NCBI RefSeq assembly: GCF_964204645.1 | Contig: NC_134036.1 | Coordinates: forward strand, 4,928,600-4,992,599 | DNA length: 64,000 nucleotides | Direction: 5' to 3' | Source of the DNA: Tubulanus polymorphus | Lineage: Eukaryota; Animalia; Nemertea | Shown: piece by piece, positions 12,204-28,058 of the stretch | Numbering within the stretch: the stretch's first letter is position 1 | Layout of the letters: the number at the start of each line of letters is the position of its first letter | Translations under genes and position numbers: made by a program | Notes under the pieces: model-generated | Database searches by the model: none | What the model was told of the DNA's origin: nothing | The model's input: the letters and a program-made list of their open reading frames with translations, nothing else

Positions 12204-15200
12204 ATGTTGTTCGGTATGGAGCAGCGACTGAGAGCGCTGTTTACGGCGTCGCTGATCGTCTGTCAAGTTCGCATCGCGCGCGCTGATCGCGCAGACTCTA
12301 TCGGGGAATCGTCTGTGACGGTAAGTTCGTCTTGTAACAACACGTGGTACCCGCTAGATTCTACGTCCGGTTACATCGTTTCACCGAATTACCCTTCGTT
12401 AACGCGCGGCGTTGAATGTCGTTGGTTCATCAACAGTTCTTTTACGGGGACTTTTCACGTCCAAGTTTACTACGATATTGGGCTTTCAATATTCTGTAGT
12501 GATAACTACCTTCTCGTTTACGAGTCTGAAAAGAGATTGTGCGGTGTTGGAAAACATGAAATCCGCCGTAACGATTCGATCTCGTTGATGTTTATGAGTA
12601 ACGTCGATGGTGCGCGAGGTAGTCGGGTTTATGTCATATATAGTTATGAACGAAGCCGATTGAAAATCAGTCACGACTGTTTAAGACACAATATAAGATT
12701 GGGGAGGCTAAAAGCTGAGCAGGGTTACAAATACACCGTAGGAAAAATAAAGAATTGCCAGTTATTTGTTGAATGGAGCGGCATGCCGCGAGGTTATGCG
12801 TTGAATCTAACATTTATTGATACAACTTTTAGATTCTATTATGGTAGGAAATCATTGTCGGTAACCATGAAAATACACGACGGTTGGAACACCAGCAATG
12901 AACCTTTAGCGCATATACCACACCAATCTGGACATCCAGCATCATCATTTTATACGAAAACAAACAAAGCTGTTTTGGTGTCACTGCTGACACATCTACA
13001 GTCACTGCTTTTAGTACAGACATATAGAATATCAGATTGGAACGTCTCTAATCCGTTGATTCAGGTCTCTAATAACGAGTCGGGAGTGATCGTTCCCGAT
13101 GACAACAGTTTACACGTAATAACACGATCAAAACACTTACACTGCTGGTCTATCACAGTGCAGGTGTTACAGTACGTCGTCTTCAACTGGACACGTGATC
13201 TTATCACATCCGGTGACGTCATCGGTGTATATAAACAAGAAGGGTTACGCGTTGTAGGAACTGCTATTTCACTCGGTAACAACTACCTGGAATCGCTGAG
13301 TGTCAAATCTGAAGGCTTTCTCGTCATACTGTGCATTTTGAGAGCAGGCGTCCGCAAAAATGCGAGATTTGAAATAAACTATAAGATTGAATCTATTTCG
13401 ATAGATGATTTAAAGGTCATCGACCGTGAGGTGAGTATCACCTGTGAAATAATTTTACCTCGTATTGAAATAAACTGAAATTATTAAAAATAAAAACTGT
13501 CTGATATACTCGAAATATTGGCTAAATCTAGGTACCGGTGAACCAGATGTTTTTTAAGACGCCGTTCGTGCTGTTTCCAAAACGAATGAAAATCGTTGTG
13601 AATTATCGCGTCAGTAGATATGAGTTTAAATGGAAAGTGGATATCTATGAAGAAAATATGGAACTAACAGTTTTGTCAGAGAACTGCGAGCGAGCTGGAT
13701 TTTACATATTCGACGGTGGTAATTTCACGGCTAGACGATACGGTCCGTATTGTCCTCGTTTATTCGCCCCGTACGACCGTAACGTCGTCAGTCTGATTAC
13801 ATCAGGTGGGTCGGTTACTGTAGTAGGATACGCTTATAACTGGGATGATCAGTTAACAGTCGGTAAGATATCATATCTCAGATTTCGTCCTACCGACTGC
13901 GACGGGTATGTTTTAAAGGATGGAGAACATCGGATCAATATGACGTCACACTGTCTCGTGATAACACCGGAAAATCGACGCCTTCCTTTGAGAAATATTT
14001 ATATATTATCAGAACACGAATATCAAATTGACCGATGTTTTCAGGATCATCTATCATTCGGTTCTTGTAGCTGGTATCTGAGATTGAGTAGTCAGGTTCT
14101 TAATAACGGTCTCGTATTGAACAGTGTGAAAATACGTGTGCCGAATGTATTATGGTTGTATTCATTATTAGTTAAACTACGGCGTAAATGTCAACGATCG
14201 AAGGTAGTTGCAGGGGGTATTGACCAGACACCACTGAATGATAATTGCGGAATCATTCAGTCACCAAAGTACCCGGGATCAGCAGGGCACACCAGGGAAG
14301 CATTAAGATATAGTTTTCTACATAAGAATTTTCAGCGAATTCGATATTACAGATTTGTAATAAAATATATTGAAATGATACGATGTGAGAAATCACACCC
14401 GTTAGACAAGGACCTGATTCTAATAAAACAATCCATTACTGATACAACTAGCGGCCAAACACATCAACGCGAAAATAGAATATGTGACAATAACGCGTTA
14501 CCGGGACTTGTGTTTTATAGTTTAAGACATGAGAACCTCAGGTTTGAGGTGAAAAATTACATACCGACATTTCAAATACAATACACATTAGAACAGTCGA
14601 TACCGGTAAAACAGTTTAAAAATGTCTGTAAATCAGGATTTTTAGATTCGGGAATTTCATGCGTAAAATACATCAGAGATGAACGTCTGAATTGGGAGAA
14701 TGCTGAATTGTACTGTAGACAGAAGTACGCGGGACATCTACTCAGTATCAACTCAGAACAGGAAATGATTTCTATTAAAAGATTATTCGCTACAAAGCTT
14801 CTTCTAAAGGCATATTCACAGATAGCGCTCATAATGATGATTGGATTAAAACGGCAAGTAAGTCATGAAATAAGTCATTAGAAAGTTTGTATATAAGAAT
14901 TTGATGTTATGTTTAATCACGTGTTGGCAACTTAATTTTTCAGCCCGTTTCTGGTTATTACACGTGGACTGACGGGAAACCATTGAGCTACACAGAGTGG
15001 TATGAACCTACAAATAACGACACGATACCAGAAGTTATTCAAGGATTGATATCTCCTCTTAGAAAACAACCGATAAATGACGTCAATATGCCGTGTACGG
15101 CGATGATACTGAATAATCCACGAGGATCAGCGAACTGGGTTCGATTCCCCTGCGAAATCGAAGAGGTTCACACGAGTTTCATTTGCGAAACTGAAAGATT

Positions 15201-18180
15201 TGCCATCGAAAATGGAATAGCAACAATGTGGAATGTAACCAAAAACGACACATTTCTATTTCAAAATACTGATTTCAACGATTCGAACTGTACGATTGGT
15301 TGGGTAAACATAGATAAACAATGCTATCAAATACTGACAGATTGGAACAGATATCGAGGTCTTGATTCAGAAACTGCTACAGAGATGTGTCATAGCATCG
15401 GATCTGATATGGGCAAAATATTCCGTAACACAGAAAATGACATCTTAAATTTGATAAAATCATTTCAATATCAACATCAATATAGCTCTATACTAACGAT
15501 GACTTCCAATGACAGACTGCAAGTTATAAACCCAATAATCACTAGAGATGAAATTACTTATATTCAATCAGTTAAATGGACGATGAAACAGTTTGATAAT
15601 GCAACAGATACAGCGCATTCTGTTTTGTGTTTATACAATGTAACTGATGAAGAGTTAGCTTCTATAAGCGGATGTAAATCGTGGCAGTTTAAATGCAACG
15701 ATCAAAGGTGTATCAGCGACCATCGCGTATGTGATACCAGACACGACTGTCGACACGGTGAAGATGAACTCAATTGTACGGATATAAATTTACACAGTCA
15801 GTTTCAATGCAATGATGGTCAGGTGATATCAGTAAGTGGTTTCTGTGATTTCATACAGGATTGTGTGGATGATTCTGATGAGAGCCCGTGTTTTCATCCC
15901 ACGTGTTTTAACGAAGAATTTCGCTGTAAAAGTGGTCAGTGTGTCCGTGGGTCAAACAGATGTGATGGAGTCACTAATTGTGAAGACGGTTCCGATGAAA
16001 TTGGATGCACCGCTCAACTATGTCAGGGGTTCCTGTGTAACAGCGGAGATTGCATCAGTTCTCAGTTGTATCAGGATGGTGTCGTGGATTGTAGTGGAAG
16101 CCTCGAAGAAGATGAATTAGTAACGGCGACTAATGTTACTGTGAATCCAACTGTACAGTGCAACAATGAAAACTACTGCACAACTAACTTCACAAATCTC
16201 TGTACGGAATCAGATGAACAAAGATGTTCTTTCAATTCTCCTCACTGTTATTCAAGACGTCACAGATGTATTCTAGAAAGAATGTCAAATGGTTTCCCAA
16301 TTTGTAGAAATTTTGAGCACGCATTGAGATGTGAAGAATTTGAATGTCCAGCAGGTACTGCAAAATGTCCAGCATCGTACTGTATACCGATCAGGCAGGT
16401 GTGCGATGGTCAATCAGATTGTCCTAATTCAGAAGATGAACAAAACTGCGAGACATTTTCATGTCCAGGAATGTTTAAATGTGGTCAGGAAAATCGATGT
16501 ATTACACAATCTGAAGTTTGTGACGGGGTCGTAAATTGTAAACAATCAACTGATGACGAGGCTTTCTGTAACGTCACGTGTCAGATGGGCTGTAGATGTC
16601 AAGGTCATTTGATTGATTGTGCTAATGCTCGTTTATCAAATATTACTGGTCTTTTCTCGGAATCAACTCGAGTTTTAATTCTGTCGAAAAACGAATTTCG
16701 TTTAAATGAGTCGACGTTTTCTTCATTCGTTTATCTTCGAATGCTCAACATCTCCTTCAATAAATTGTCTAATATTTTACCAAACTCGTTTTCAAACCTG
16801 CATAATCTACATACATTAGACCTTACGTGCAACAACTTAACATCATTATTCACAAATACATTCACCGGTTTGTACAGTTTGGAAGAGTTATTCATAACTG
16901 AAAATCCACTACGTCTTTTAGAAGTTGATACCTTTCAAGATTTAATGTCATTAACATTTCTGGACCTTCAAGGGCTTTCGTTATTGCAGCTTGATAGAAA
17001 TGTGTTTAGAGGTTTATCTACATTACAGTCGATGAATATCAGCAGTAACGAAATCCATCGTATTTCACGATACGCATTTTCTGGATTAAATGAGCTTAGA
17101 ATTCTCGATATAACCAACAACTCTAAATTCATATCCACAGAAAGAGGTATTTTCGACAATCTAACATCGTTGGTCTCCTTAGAGTCCGATGCTTACAAAT
17201 TTTGCTGCATGGCCCCGAATGTTGACACATGCCTTCCCGAAGCCGATCAATTTTCCTCTTGTTCTGATCTGATGGGTAACACAGTCCTCAGAGCTGTCAT
17301 CTGGGTCATCGCTTCATTCAGTTTCTTAATGAACAGCATTGTCATTTTATTTCGTCTTCGATCAATTCAACTTTCAACCTCCGAAAAGCGCAATACATCT
17401 TCTGACATCCTCATCATCAATATCGCAGCTTGTGATTTTCTGATGTCGATTTATTTGTTTTTGATAGCGGGAGCAGATTACGTTTACAAAGGCGTTTATT
17501 TTCTAAATTCTGAAACTTGGACGGACAGTTCATTCTGTAGTTTTGCCGGAGTTACGGTTACTATTTCTTGTGAAGGCTCATTGACGTTTCTATTCATTCT
17601 AACACGTCATAGGTTTTCAAATATCGTTAATCCATTTTCTGGAAGCCCGATTACATCTCCGAGATATGTATCCATCATATGTTGCATATGTTGGTTATCC
17701 ATAGGTACAGTATCTATAATACCGCTGTCACAATTATCTTATTTCGGTAATAAATTCTATGGCACTACGGGAGTTTGTTTACCTATGAATCTTATCTCAA
17801 TTGATGTCAACGCCTGGCAATATTCATTCGTTATTTTTGCCGTGTTCAACATTGGCATACTTGCTACAATAATGGGGACTTATGCGCAAATGTACCGACT
17901 CGTATCTGGAAGCAGGTCTGGTTCGGGTAGAATTGATCCTACCGAACTAGTTTTAGCACGTAGGAGTTTGGTGATTAATCTTTGTAATTTATTTTGCTGG
18001 CTGCCGTTAATTATCGTTCAGTTTTGCGCGGTATTACGGGTAGAAATACCGAATCAGGTGGCGGCTTGGCTGGCGGTTCTTTTCTTACCGATCAACTCGT
18101 CCCTCAATCCCCTTCTTTACACAATACTGACTATCGATATGAAATCCATACGCGCAAAGACTAAGCGTTTGCTACATTGA
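12204..18180 (+). CDS. GRL101-like LGR copy 3, ~1929 aa, 3 coding exons
   Basis: Exons 12204-13430, 13532-14857, 14944-18180. GAG|GTGAGT...ATCTAG and CAA|GTAAGT...TTTCAG phase-0 introns at the same positions as in copy 2. Same domain order. Confidence 0.88.
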
Positions 18181-19210
18181 ATATTTCTTAGCGGTATTGA
18201 TTTGTTTCTGACCCCATTATCTAGAGTTTTCTTAAAAACACCATGGCAATTCAATTGCAATATATTTCCTAGCCCCATTACTTTTTTCACGCATATAAAT
18301 CATTTGACTGATTTGACCAAATCATTCGTCCTTTTAAAGATTTCTTTTTCGACTTGGTTTTATTTGCCCAAGGGGAATACATTTGCGAATAGCCGTGAAA
18401 AAACTAATACTTTAGCCTGTTCCTATCAGCCCAAACCCCCCACCCTGCCCCCAATATCTTATCAACTTCTTTGACACACGGGATTAATTTGATTGAATAC
18501 AAAAAAAAGAAGTACAGTTAACCCAGTGTAGTATCGGTAAGCGTAAATGAAAAATTGGGTACTTTGAAGGTGTACTAAATTTGTTGGAAGTACTAGCTTT
18601 CACTACTAGTTCAAAGTAGCTTCATCTGGTAAAATAGGCCAACGGCGGGCTACTATGCACTAGTAGCGAAAGCTCGCACTTCAAATCGATTTAGTCAATT
18701 CTTCGATGTACAATTGGTTCCTGAACGCTTATTAGTCGAACAAGAAATGTACGAATGAATAAAAATAAACATTTTCTTACCTCGGATGAGTCGAATTCGT
18801 ATTCGTATCAGACACCGGCGGCGCGTTCGGGAATGGGAATTTCATCCAACTATGGACGACGTACATTCACGCGCCTGAACCATCATCACACACACACGCA
18901 CACAGATGCAGATCGCGTCGTTGCCCGGGCGACGACGTAAACAAACCGTGTCGTCGTCGGCGGGATCGATAAATAATTGAATTTCAAGTCGGCTTTATAA
19001 TGAATACTGAATTACATCGGCGCGCGAAGCTTACTCGCATTCACGCGATTTAGCCATTAAAATCACCGTCACCGCCGCGTGTCGCGGCTCCGAGTATGTT
19101 TTTTTTTTTTAGAATCTATATAACGAGCGAGTTGGATTTTAAAATGAGTGCTGATCAATTTTCAATCTAACATGATGTGAATGTGTGTTATATATATCTC
19201 GTACAGAGAG

Positions 19211-19720
19211 CAGTAATGGCTAAGCTCTTAAACCAGGCTGAGGCAAACTTAGATCTACAGCCGATTCAACGACTTGAGACCAGTTTTAAGATTTAACACC
19301 ACGTTAGATCGGATGTCTCATACATAGATTGTGGTGCAGTAATGGCTAAGCTCTTAAACCAGGCTTAGGCCAACTTAGATCTATAGCCGATTCAACGACT
19401 TGAGACCAGTTTTAAGATTTAAGACCACGTTAGATCGGATGTTTCATACATAGATTGTGGTGCAGTAATGGCTAAGCTCTTAAACCAGGCTTAGGCCAAC
19501 TTAGATCTACAGCCGATTTAAGACTCGAGACCAGTTTCTAGATTTAAGACCGCATCAGTTTGGATGTCTCATTAGTATTTAAACCGGAGTCCAACTTAGT
19601 TCAATAGCGGATCTAACGAACTAAGACCAGTCATACGATTTAGGACCTTTTTTTTAATTAGATGCCTCATACAAATAGCAGTAGCGCAGTCAGAACTTAA
19701 ACAGGACTCAGACCAAGAAC
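19211..19720. repeat. 126-bp tandem minisatellite (~3 good copies plus degenerate tail)
   Basis: CAGTAATGGCTAAGCTCTTAAACCAGGC begins at 19211, 19337 and 19463. Confidence 0.9.
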
Positions 19721-19904
19721 TTAGTTGTAAAGCCTGTTATAAAGTTCTAACGGATCTGTAGCGGATTTAAAACCACGTTTCAAGCCACGTCTGTGGATGA
19801 GCTTGATCCGTAGTTCTGACTAGATATTTTTAAGGCTATTTGAATAAACGATATTTCAGCGTGATTCAGAATTTCTGACGAAATCGTGCTTTCGTTTTGC
19901 AGAA

Positions 19905-20270
19905 ATTATCATATCGGTGATCTGATGTGTTAACTCAAATGGGCAAGTTGTTTTATAGGCCTCTGAAAGCTTAAGGATCATGCGCACGAAGAAATGTTAA
20001 ATCTACAATAACCTTTCGCAGTGATCATTTCAGTTTCTGGTCGGATGAGACCAGTTTTTAAAATATTTCTCTCCATCGTCCATCAATCCGTGCACTGGAC
20101 ACATCTAATCAGATAATCTACGAGTATATTTTTGTTAAAAAGCGAGGTGTTTCTTACCTGCCTATTTCTAGCAATGATCCCGACAGTGATAGTGGTTCTG
20201 ATAACTGTCCGATTGATTTTCACGTTCTGACGCGCAGGAGCAGCCTGAAAAACCATATCTGCAAATAATC
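19905..20270 (+). pseudogene. Degenerate fragment (TM3-ICL3) of the FMRFamide-receptor-like GPCR family
   Basis: Contains family blocks GGCCTCTGAAAGC, CATCAATCCGTGCACTGGAC and CCCGACAGTGATAGTGGTTCTGATAACT..GATTGATTTTCACGTT..GACGCGCAGGAGCAGC, with stops and frameshifts. Confidence 0.8.
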
Positions 20271-21236
20271 ATAATATCTTTATTTAATTGAACTTTCTAC
20301 ATCTATATTCTTAAAACCAGGCGCTAATCAACACGAGCACAATATAGGGGCTGGAATAGGAAGGAAAATTAAGCGATTAATTTGTCTTCTATTATCAAAA
20401 CGAATTTCGCTTCTAAAAGGTTGTTGTAAATTGCGAGGTTTTCATTATCACGGTAGGCCCTGTGCCAATTTGACCGGTTGATCTAAACCGACGACGGGTC
20501 AAAAATAATGAAAGTTAGCGATGTCTTATTACTAAAATCGATGAATCATTTATCCGGGCAAGTCGTTGGTCATAGCTAAGCGGTAAATTAATTCTATATC
20601 GGGAAATTTTGAACACGGTATTTGTATACAGGTCTATGCACTGTGACCGCGGTGTATTTAGAAATACTGACCGCTGAACGAGAGAATGATGCAGAATGAT
20701 ATCCATGGCTTCTCAGTTTACGGAATATTTTAATTTATGATGGTTCGCAATTAACGAAAGGGTTCACGAAAAAAGAAGCTCAGATTTTCAACTAAGCGTA
20801 TCAGTGATACGCTTAGTTGAAAACCTGAGCTTCTTTTTCTCAGTAAGCTGCGGATCATTTTCAAAATTTCTAATACGTGATAATCACGTATTACAAATTT
20901 TGAAAATGATCCGCGGCTTACTGAGAAGCCACAGATATCATTCTACATCGTTCTCGCATTCGACATATAGAATAATCACAAGAGAACGGTAAGCTACAGC
21001 GTATACACTCAATAATGATACGGTAGACAGTGTTCGCGGCTTCACAGAAAAAAAAATCAATTTCCAGTTTCTCAGCGCCAGCGCGCATTTCACTTCGTGC
21101 AGTTCAGTGGTTTGACGTCCCACTACTCGCAAAGAAACCGCTACTAACTGAGATGTCACTAGTTCTTAGAAGATTTACAGAGGCGGAAGTTGATACCGAC
21201 TGTTCCTCGATCGACAACCAGTGATCGCGGACTGAA

Positions 21237-22385
21237 ATGATGTCTCCGGAAAATGTATCGGTCGTTGGCGCTCAGTTTCTCGACCTCAACGGATCGAACC
21301 TGACAACCACCACCACCACCACCAACGAGACGGCGGGGTTTAAACCTCATCCCCTGTGTAAATACTATCACAACGCCGATTACAGACCTTTTCTCGACAA
21401 CATGATTATACAGGTCACGACTTACGTCGTTTTCGGCATTGCCATCTTCGGATTCGTTACCAATTTATTGTCATTAATCGTTCTCAGCGAAGAACGTTCT
21501 AACAACACCAGTATATTCTATTTGAGATGTTTGGCTGTTGCGGACATGTTTATTTGTTTGTCTTATGTCGTATTTGATTTCCACTACTGGCTCTACAGTC
21601 ACACATTGTTACTGGACATGACTGCTGAAATAAACCACTCAATGAAGCGCGCGTCCGCATACACGCAAAATATTCGATTTGTGTTTTCGGATATCAGTGA
21701 TCAGATAACATTGTTGATAGCTATAGACAGATATATCGTTGTTTGTTGGCCTCTGAAAGCTGTTAGAATTATAAGTATGAAGAAATGTTATATATACATA
21801 ACCTCTCTAGTGATTATTTCAATTTGTGATCGGATTAGGGCATTTTACAAATATTATGTTCGCCGTTCCATCAATGCGTGCACCGGACACGTCAGATGGA
21901 TTATCAACTTGACTGCAGTAACCAAAAATGTTCACTTGAGATACTACGAGGCGTTCGTAAGCTGCCCGTTACTAGTCATTATACCGACAGTGATAGTAGT
22001 TCTGATAACTATCCGATTGATTTTCACTTTGAGACGCGCAGGAGCAGCGAGAAAAACTATGTCTGCAAATAATCAAATTTCTAACAGCAGCAGCAGCAGC
22101 AGCAGTAGTGGCCGTAGTTTAACTCTGACGTTAGTTCTCATTTCATGTTTCTATATGGTGAAAAAAGGTTTTAGTCTCAAGGCAGGTATTCACAACCTAA
22201 TACAGGCTCTGTTCGGTAGATATGCCACGCTTAAAGAAACTCCCCGAGGCACATTGATTTTCATTATGACCCAGAACGTTGTCAGAATGGTCGTTGCGTC
22301 CTGCAATTTCGTCATCTATTGCGTTTCGAGGCTCCGCTTTCGAGACCAGCTGAAAGCGATGTTTTCGATTAGGACGTCACGATAA
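21237..22385 (+). CDS. Intronless rhodopsin-class GPCR, FMRFamide-receptor-like/Srw-type (paralogue 1), 382 aa
   Basis: Seven hydrophobic segments, TM1 N, TM2 LAVAD, TM3 DRY, TM5 P, TM7 NFVIY, helix-8 FR; N-glycosylation sequons in the N-terminus. Confidence 0.92.
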   Translation: MMSPENVSVVGAQFLDLNGSNLTTTTTTTNETAGFKPHPLCKYYHNADYRPFLDNMIIQVTTYVVFGIAIFGFVTNLLSLIVLSEERSNNTSIFYLRCLAVADMFICLSYVVFDFHYWLYSHTLLLDMTAEINHSMKRASAYTQNIRFVFSDISDQITLLIAIDRYIVVCWPLKAVRIISMKKCYIYITSLVIISICDRIRAFYKYYVRRSINACTGHVRWIINLTAVTKNVHLRYYEAFVSCPLLVIIPTVIVVLITIRLIFTLRRAGAARKTMSANNQISNSSSSSSSSGRSLTLTLVLISCFYMVKKGFSLKAGIHNLIQALFGRYATLKETPRGTLIFIMTQNVVRMVVASCNFVIYCVSRLRFRDQLKAMFSIRTSR

Positions 22386-22894
22386 GAAAAAGCCTAATCG
22401 AAGAATATGGCCTTGGCAGAAATATTCAACGCCGGGACCCTAGAATCGTTGTAAATATTTTTGAAAAAAAATATCAAAAGCAACAAATACAATAAAAACG
22501 CCCGTCCTGAAATGGTCGTGTTTCAAAACGATTAGTTGATGCAGTCGTGAACGGCCTGGCGACCGTACGTGAACTTCAGGACCTTTCAAACCGTTGTCGT
22601 ATATTGATTCAGAATATCTGTAACATATTGAGACAACCATCCCGACAGGACTTTAAGTAAGATGTCTACAAGACAGTTAGGACTTTTCAAACCGAAAATG
22701 TCACAAACAATGCAGCATCTTCTGCATCGACTGTAGCCTGAACATCCGGAACTTTCAAGGTTCGCCAGTCTATTGATAGTCAACTCAAACCATGTATAAT
22801 CATTGAATATTAGGGTGCATTCATAGAGGACAGCCATGACAATTCGATTCGTTTACTAAAGAAATAAAGAAATAACGACGGTAAACTTCAGGCT

Positions 22895-23035
22895 AATAAG
22901 AAAAAAACCCACTATCTACAGATTAAAAGAATTCTAAAACCAAGAATTTATTATTCGAACAGTCTAAAATGCATAAAATTCACGACATTTCGATATCGTC
23001 GTAAGGGTGAGATCGAAACGTCGTGTATTTTATAT
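22895..23035. mobile_element. Penelope-like element 3'-end remnants in inverted arrangement
   Basis: Inverted pair around GATCGAAACGTCGTG. The minus-strand tail (AATAAA...GTGGGTTTTT) is homologous to 41560-41660. Confidence 0.45.
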
Positions 23036-23038
23036 ATC

Positions 23039-23670
23039 ATACATCCATCACGCCGATTACAGACCGCATTTCGACAACATGATAATACGGGTAATGAATT
23101 TCGTCACTTTCGGCAATGTCATCTTTGGACTCAATACAGATCTACTGTCTTTTATCATACTCAGCAAAGAACGTTCGAACAACACCAGTATATTCTATTT
23201 GAGATGTTTGGCTGTTGCGGACATGTGTGTTTATGTGTTTTTCATTTACTGTTGTTAACTGATGTGATAACATTGTTAATAGCTATAGACAGATATATCG
23301 TTGTTTGTTGGCCTCTGAAAGCTGTTAGTATCATAAGCATGAAGAGATGTTATATATACGAAACTTTAGTCGCGATTATTTCAGTTTGCGATCGAGGCAG
23401 GGATTTTTTCAAATTCTATACTCGTCGTCCAATCAACGTTTGCACCGTACACGAGAAGTGGTCGATGAAGCTAACCGAGTTTACGGAGAATTTAAGCGTT
23501 TACGCGAGAACGAGTTGTTTATTAGTGGTTCTAATAACTATAGTGGTTCTAATAACGATAGTGGTTCTAATAACTATCCGATTGATTTTCACGTTGAGAC
23601 GCGCAGGAGCAGCGAGAAAAACCATGCCTGCAAATAATCAAACGTCTTACAGCAGCAGCCATAGTTTAAT
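23039..23670 (+). pseudogene. Truncated and frameshifted GPCR paralogue
   Basis: Starts at YIHHADYRP without the N-terminus. Internal deletion and frameshift at ~23230-23260, an 18-bp triplication (IVVLIT x3), and it ends at the poly-Ser of ICL3 with no TM6-7. Confidence 0.88.
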
Positions 23671-23785
23671 GAACAGGCGACTGGGTTCTTAGTAACCGGC
23701 GCGCGTGGCCCGGGTCAAAAACCCCTGATATGCAGTAGACACATATATCTTTGAATCATTCCTATTAGATGTAGTTCATATTAGA

Positions 23786-23946
23786 ATTAACAAATAAAAA
23801 CCCACCGTAGATACGTTGAAAAGTCTATTTTCTATCAGTTTCGGGTGACTTCTTAAACCCACCATCGTAGGGTTAGAAGTAACCCCAAAACTGATACGAA
23901 ATAAACTTTTCTACATATTTACACTGTGGATTTTTATTTGTTAATT
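23786..23946. repeat. Imperfect ~160-bp palindrome (fold-back; arms resemble Penelope-like ends)
   Basis: AATTAACAAATAAAAACCCAC...GGGTGACTTCTTAAACCC is the reverse complement of GGGTTAGAAGTAACCCC...GTGGATTTTTATTTGTTAATT, with some mismatches. Confidence 0.75.
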
Positions 23947-24531
23947 ATGCATTGAGGTCAATATCAGTTCACTATGGTCGTATTAGAATATATCGAGTGT
24001 ATATGAAGCCAAGAGAAGTAGCGCCCATCTAAACATTATTCAACTATTATTATTCATAATTCAAACCCATTGAATGATTTAAGAAATAATTGTAACCGAA
24101 TTGTTGACCTTTTATTCCGAAAAACACCGTTTGATTTTAATCCCTATTAATATTTCTTTCACGGATTAGCGCGCGCTTCAATGAAAAGCGTCTCTAATTT
24201 ATGACTAAGCATGACAATACACCGTTGAGCGTACGCGCCCGAACGTAAATTATCATACTAATATTAATCGCGATATAAATAATTTAATATATGGATATAT
24301 CTTAATATTTATCTCGATATATATATACAGTAACAAACGTAAGTATAACTTTTAGATGAGCCGATTTGAACGCGTTTTCGCTTCGCGCCGGCGGACAGAC
24401 CAAACTTGTCCAGGCAGCGCGCCGGTCACCAAGGCGCTATTCAAGCCGGGCCTCGTTTGTTTGTTTGTTTATTTGTTTGTTTGTTTGTTTGCTAGGACCG
24501 TCCCGTCGTCGCTAGCTACGACCGAACACGC

Positions 24532-24539
24532 TATATAAA
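24532..24539 (+). promoter_or_regulatory. TATA box of alpha-tubulin gene A
   Basis: TATATAAA ~100 bp upstream of the ATG, after a CpG-rich stretch and a (TTTG)n tract. Confidence 0.7.
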
Positions 24540-24632
24540 CGAAGCGAGCTCTGCCGACAAATCATTAGTCGCAAACACCTCTTAGTCTTCGAAGTCTTAT
24601 CGACGTGTTTTCCACACTACAAATCTATCATC

Positions 24633-27057
<2,425 letters not shown>

Positions 27058-27954
27058 AGAAATCGTCGCATTTCAACATTTCAGTTCGAAATTCCGTTCT
27101 TTCCACGATGTTGCATAATACGCATAATATCAAATAAAATATATTGAAATACATATTTTTTTATTTATTGGCAAAAAAAATGTTCTTTCTTAAATTATCT
27201 GTACATTTCTATGAGTTTAAATTTTGCTGACATTAATGGGATTTACTGAGGATTGAATTTCGTAACCCTTCAGCACTTTGAGTTGATCCGCGGGATTTTC
27301 TCGAATCGCTGAAATTGCACTGTCTTTGACATTTCTCAAACAGGGGTTTAGAAACATGTGTACAATGAAATACGCTTCTAGTATTCTAAGAGTCAATGAC
27401 CACCTGGGTTGGGGAGAGTGAGGGGATAGAAAGAATTGAACAGCCGCGCACCCATCTAGCCTATGGCCGAGAGCCAGCCGCATGAAACCATAGGTATCGT
27501 GCCTGCTGTAATGAGGAAAATGACATTTTGCAACTTGTGAAAATACCAGGAGCGGTTCCTTAAGTGTGAACTAGTTACTTCATCTTAAAATCATTCCGAT
27601 GCTCGCTTGATGTTTAGAAACCGTCGTATTATGAGGCGTGCCGCGGCTGTGAGGGGAGCGAGATTTAGTTCGAATTTGTCGAAGCAGGCGGTAAAGTTCG
27701 CTTCCACGGTAATGGATGTTTTTTTCCAGACACTCTAATCATTTTCTTACACACTTTTAACTATAAATCCGGTCACCAAACATATACCCGATTAGATTGC
27801 TTTGGGCGATATTTTTATCTAGAAAATGTTTTTGTCCGCTATTGATCCCAATCAATGCAATAAACTGATTGATTACTCTAAAATATATAGGGTGTTTTTG
27901 GCGATTTTTGAAATAAAGAAAACATTTTCAAAAAGTCCCGTCACCGTTGAGCGG

Positions 27955-28058
27955 AATTTCAACGACTGTAAGACAATGATACTGAATGCCAGTGCAGTTT
28001 GAGCAGCCACCTTCGACAAGTTTGCCATCTAGCGGCATAATAGGTCAGCAGGTCAGTC
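27955..28058 (+). repeat. Dispersed ~100-bp repeat containing a CTCF-like motif (second copy at 55191-55297)
   Basis: ATTTCAACGACTGTAAG...GCAGTT.GAGCAGCCA...TCGAC...GCCATCTAGCGG...GGTCAGTC is present at both loci. Confidence 0.7.

Larger units (their letters stand above)
1..18180 (+). repeat. Tandem segmental duplication, ~7.65-kb unit, including intergenic DNA
   Basis: GGTTGGGTAAACATAG recurs at 1, 7651 and 15298. Intergenic 2881-4560 aligns closely with 10531-12200. Confidence 0.95.

Noticed and set aside
4558-14881. CUB and CTLD ORFs as independent genes
   Set aside because: Conserved phase-0 GT-AG introns join them in frame to the 7TM exon in both complete copies; their ORF tails are intron read-through.
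18845-18875. Minus-strand CGTGAATGTA..TCCAT..GGA resembling the start of alpha-tubulin exon 2
   Set aside because: Similarity is under 30 nt, frameshifted, and does not extend; likely chance.
19211-19720. CRISPR-like array
   Set aside because: Whole 126-bp units repeat with no unique spacers, in a eukaryotic context; it is a minisatellite.
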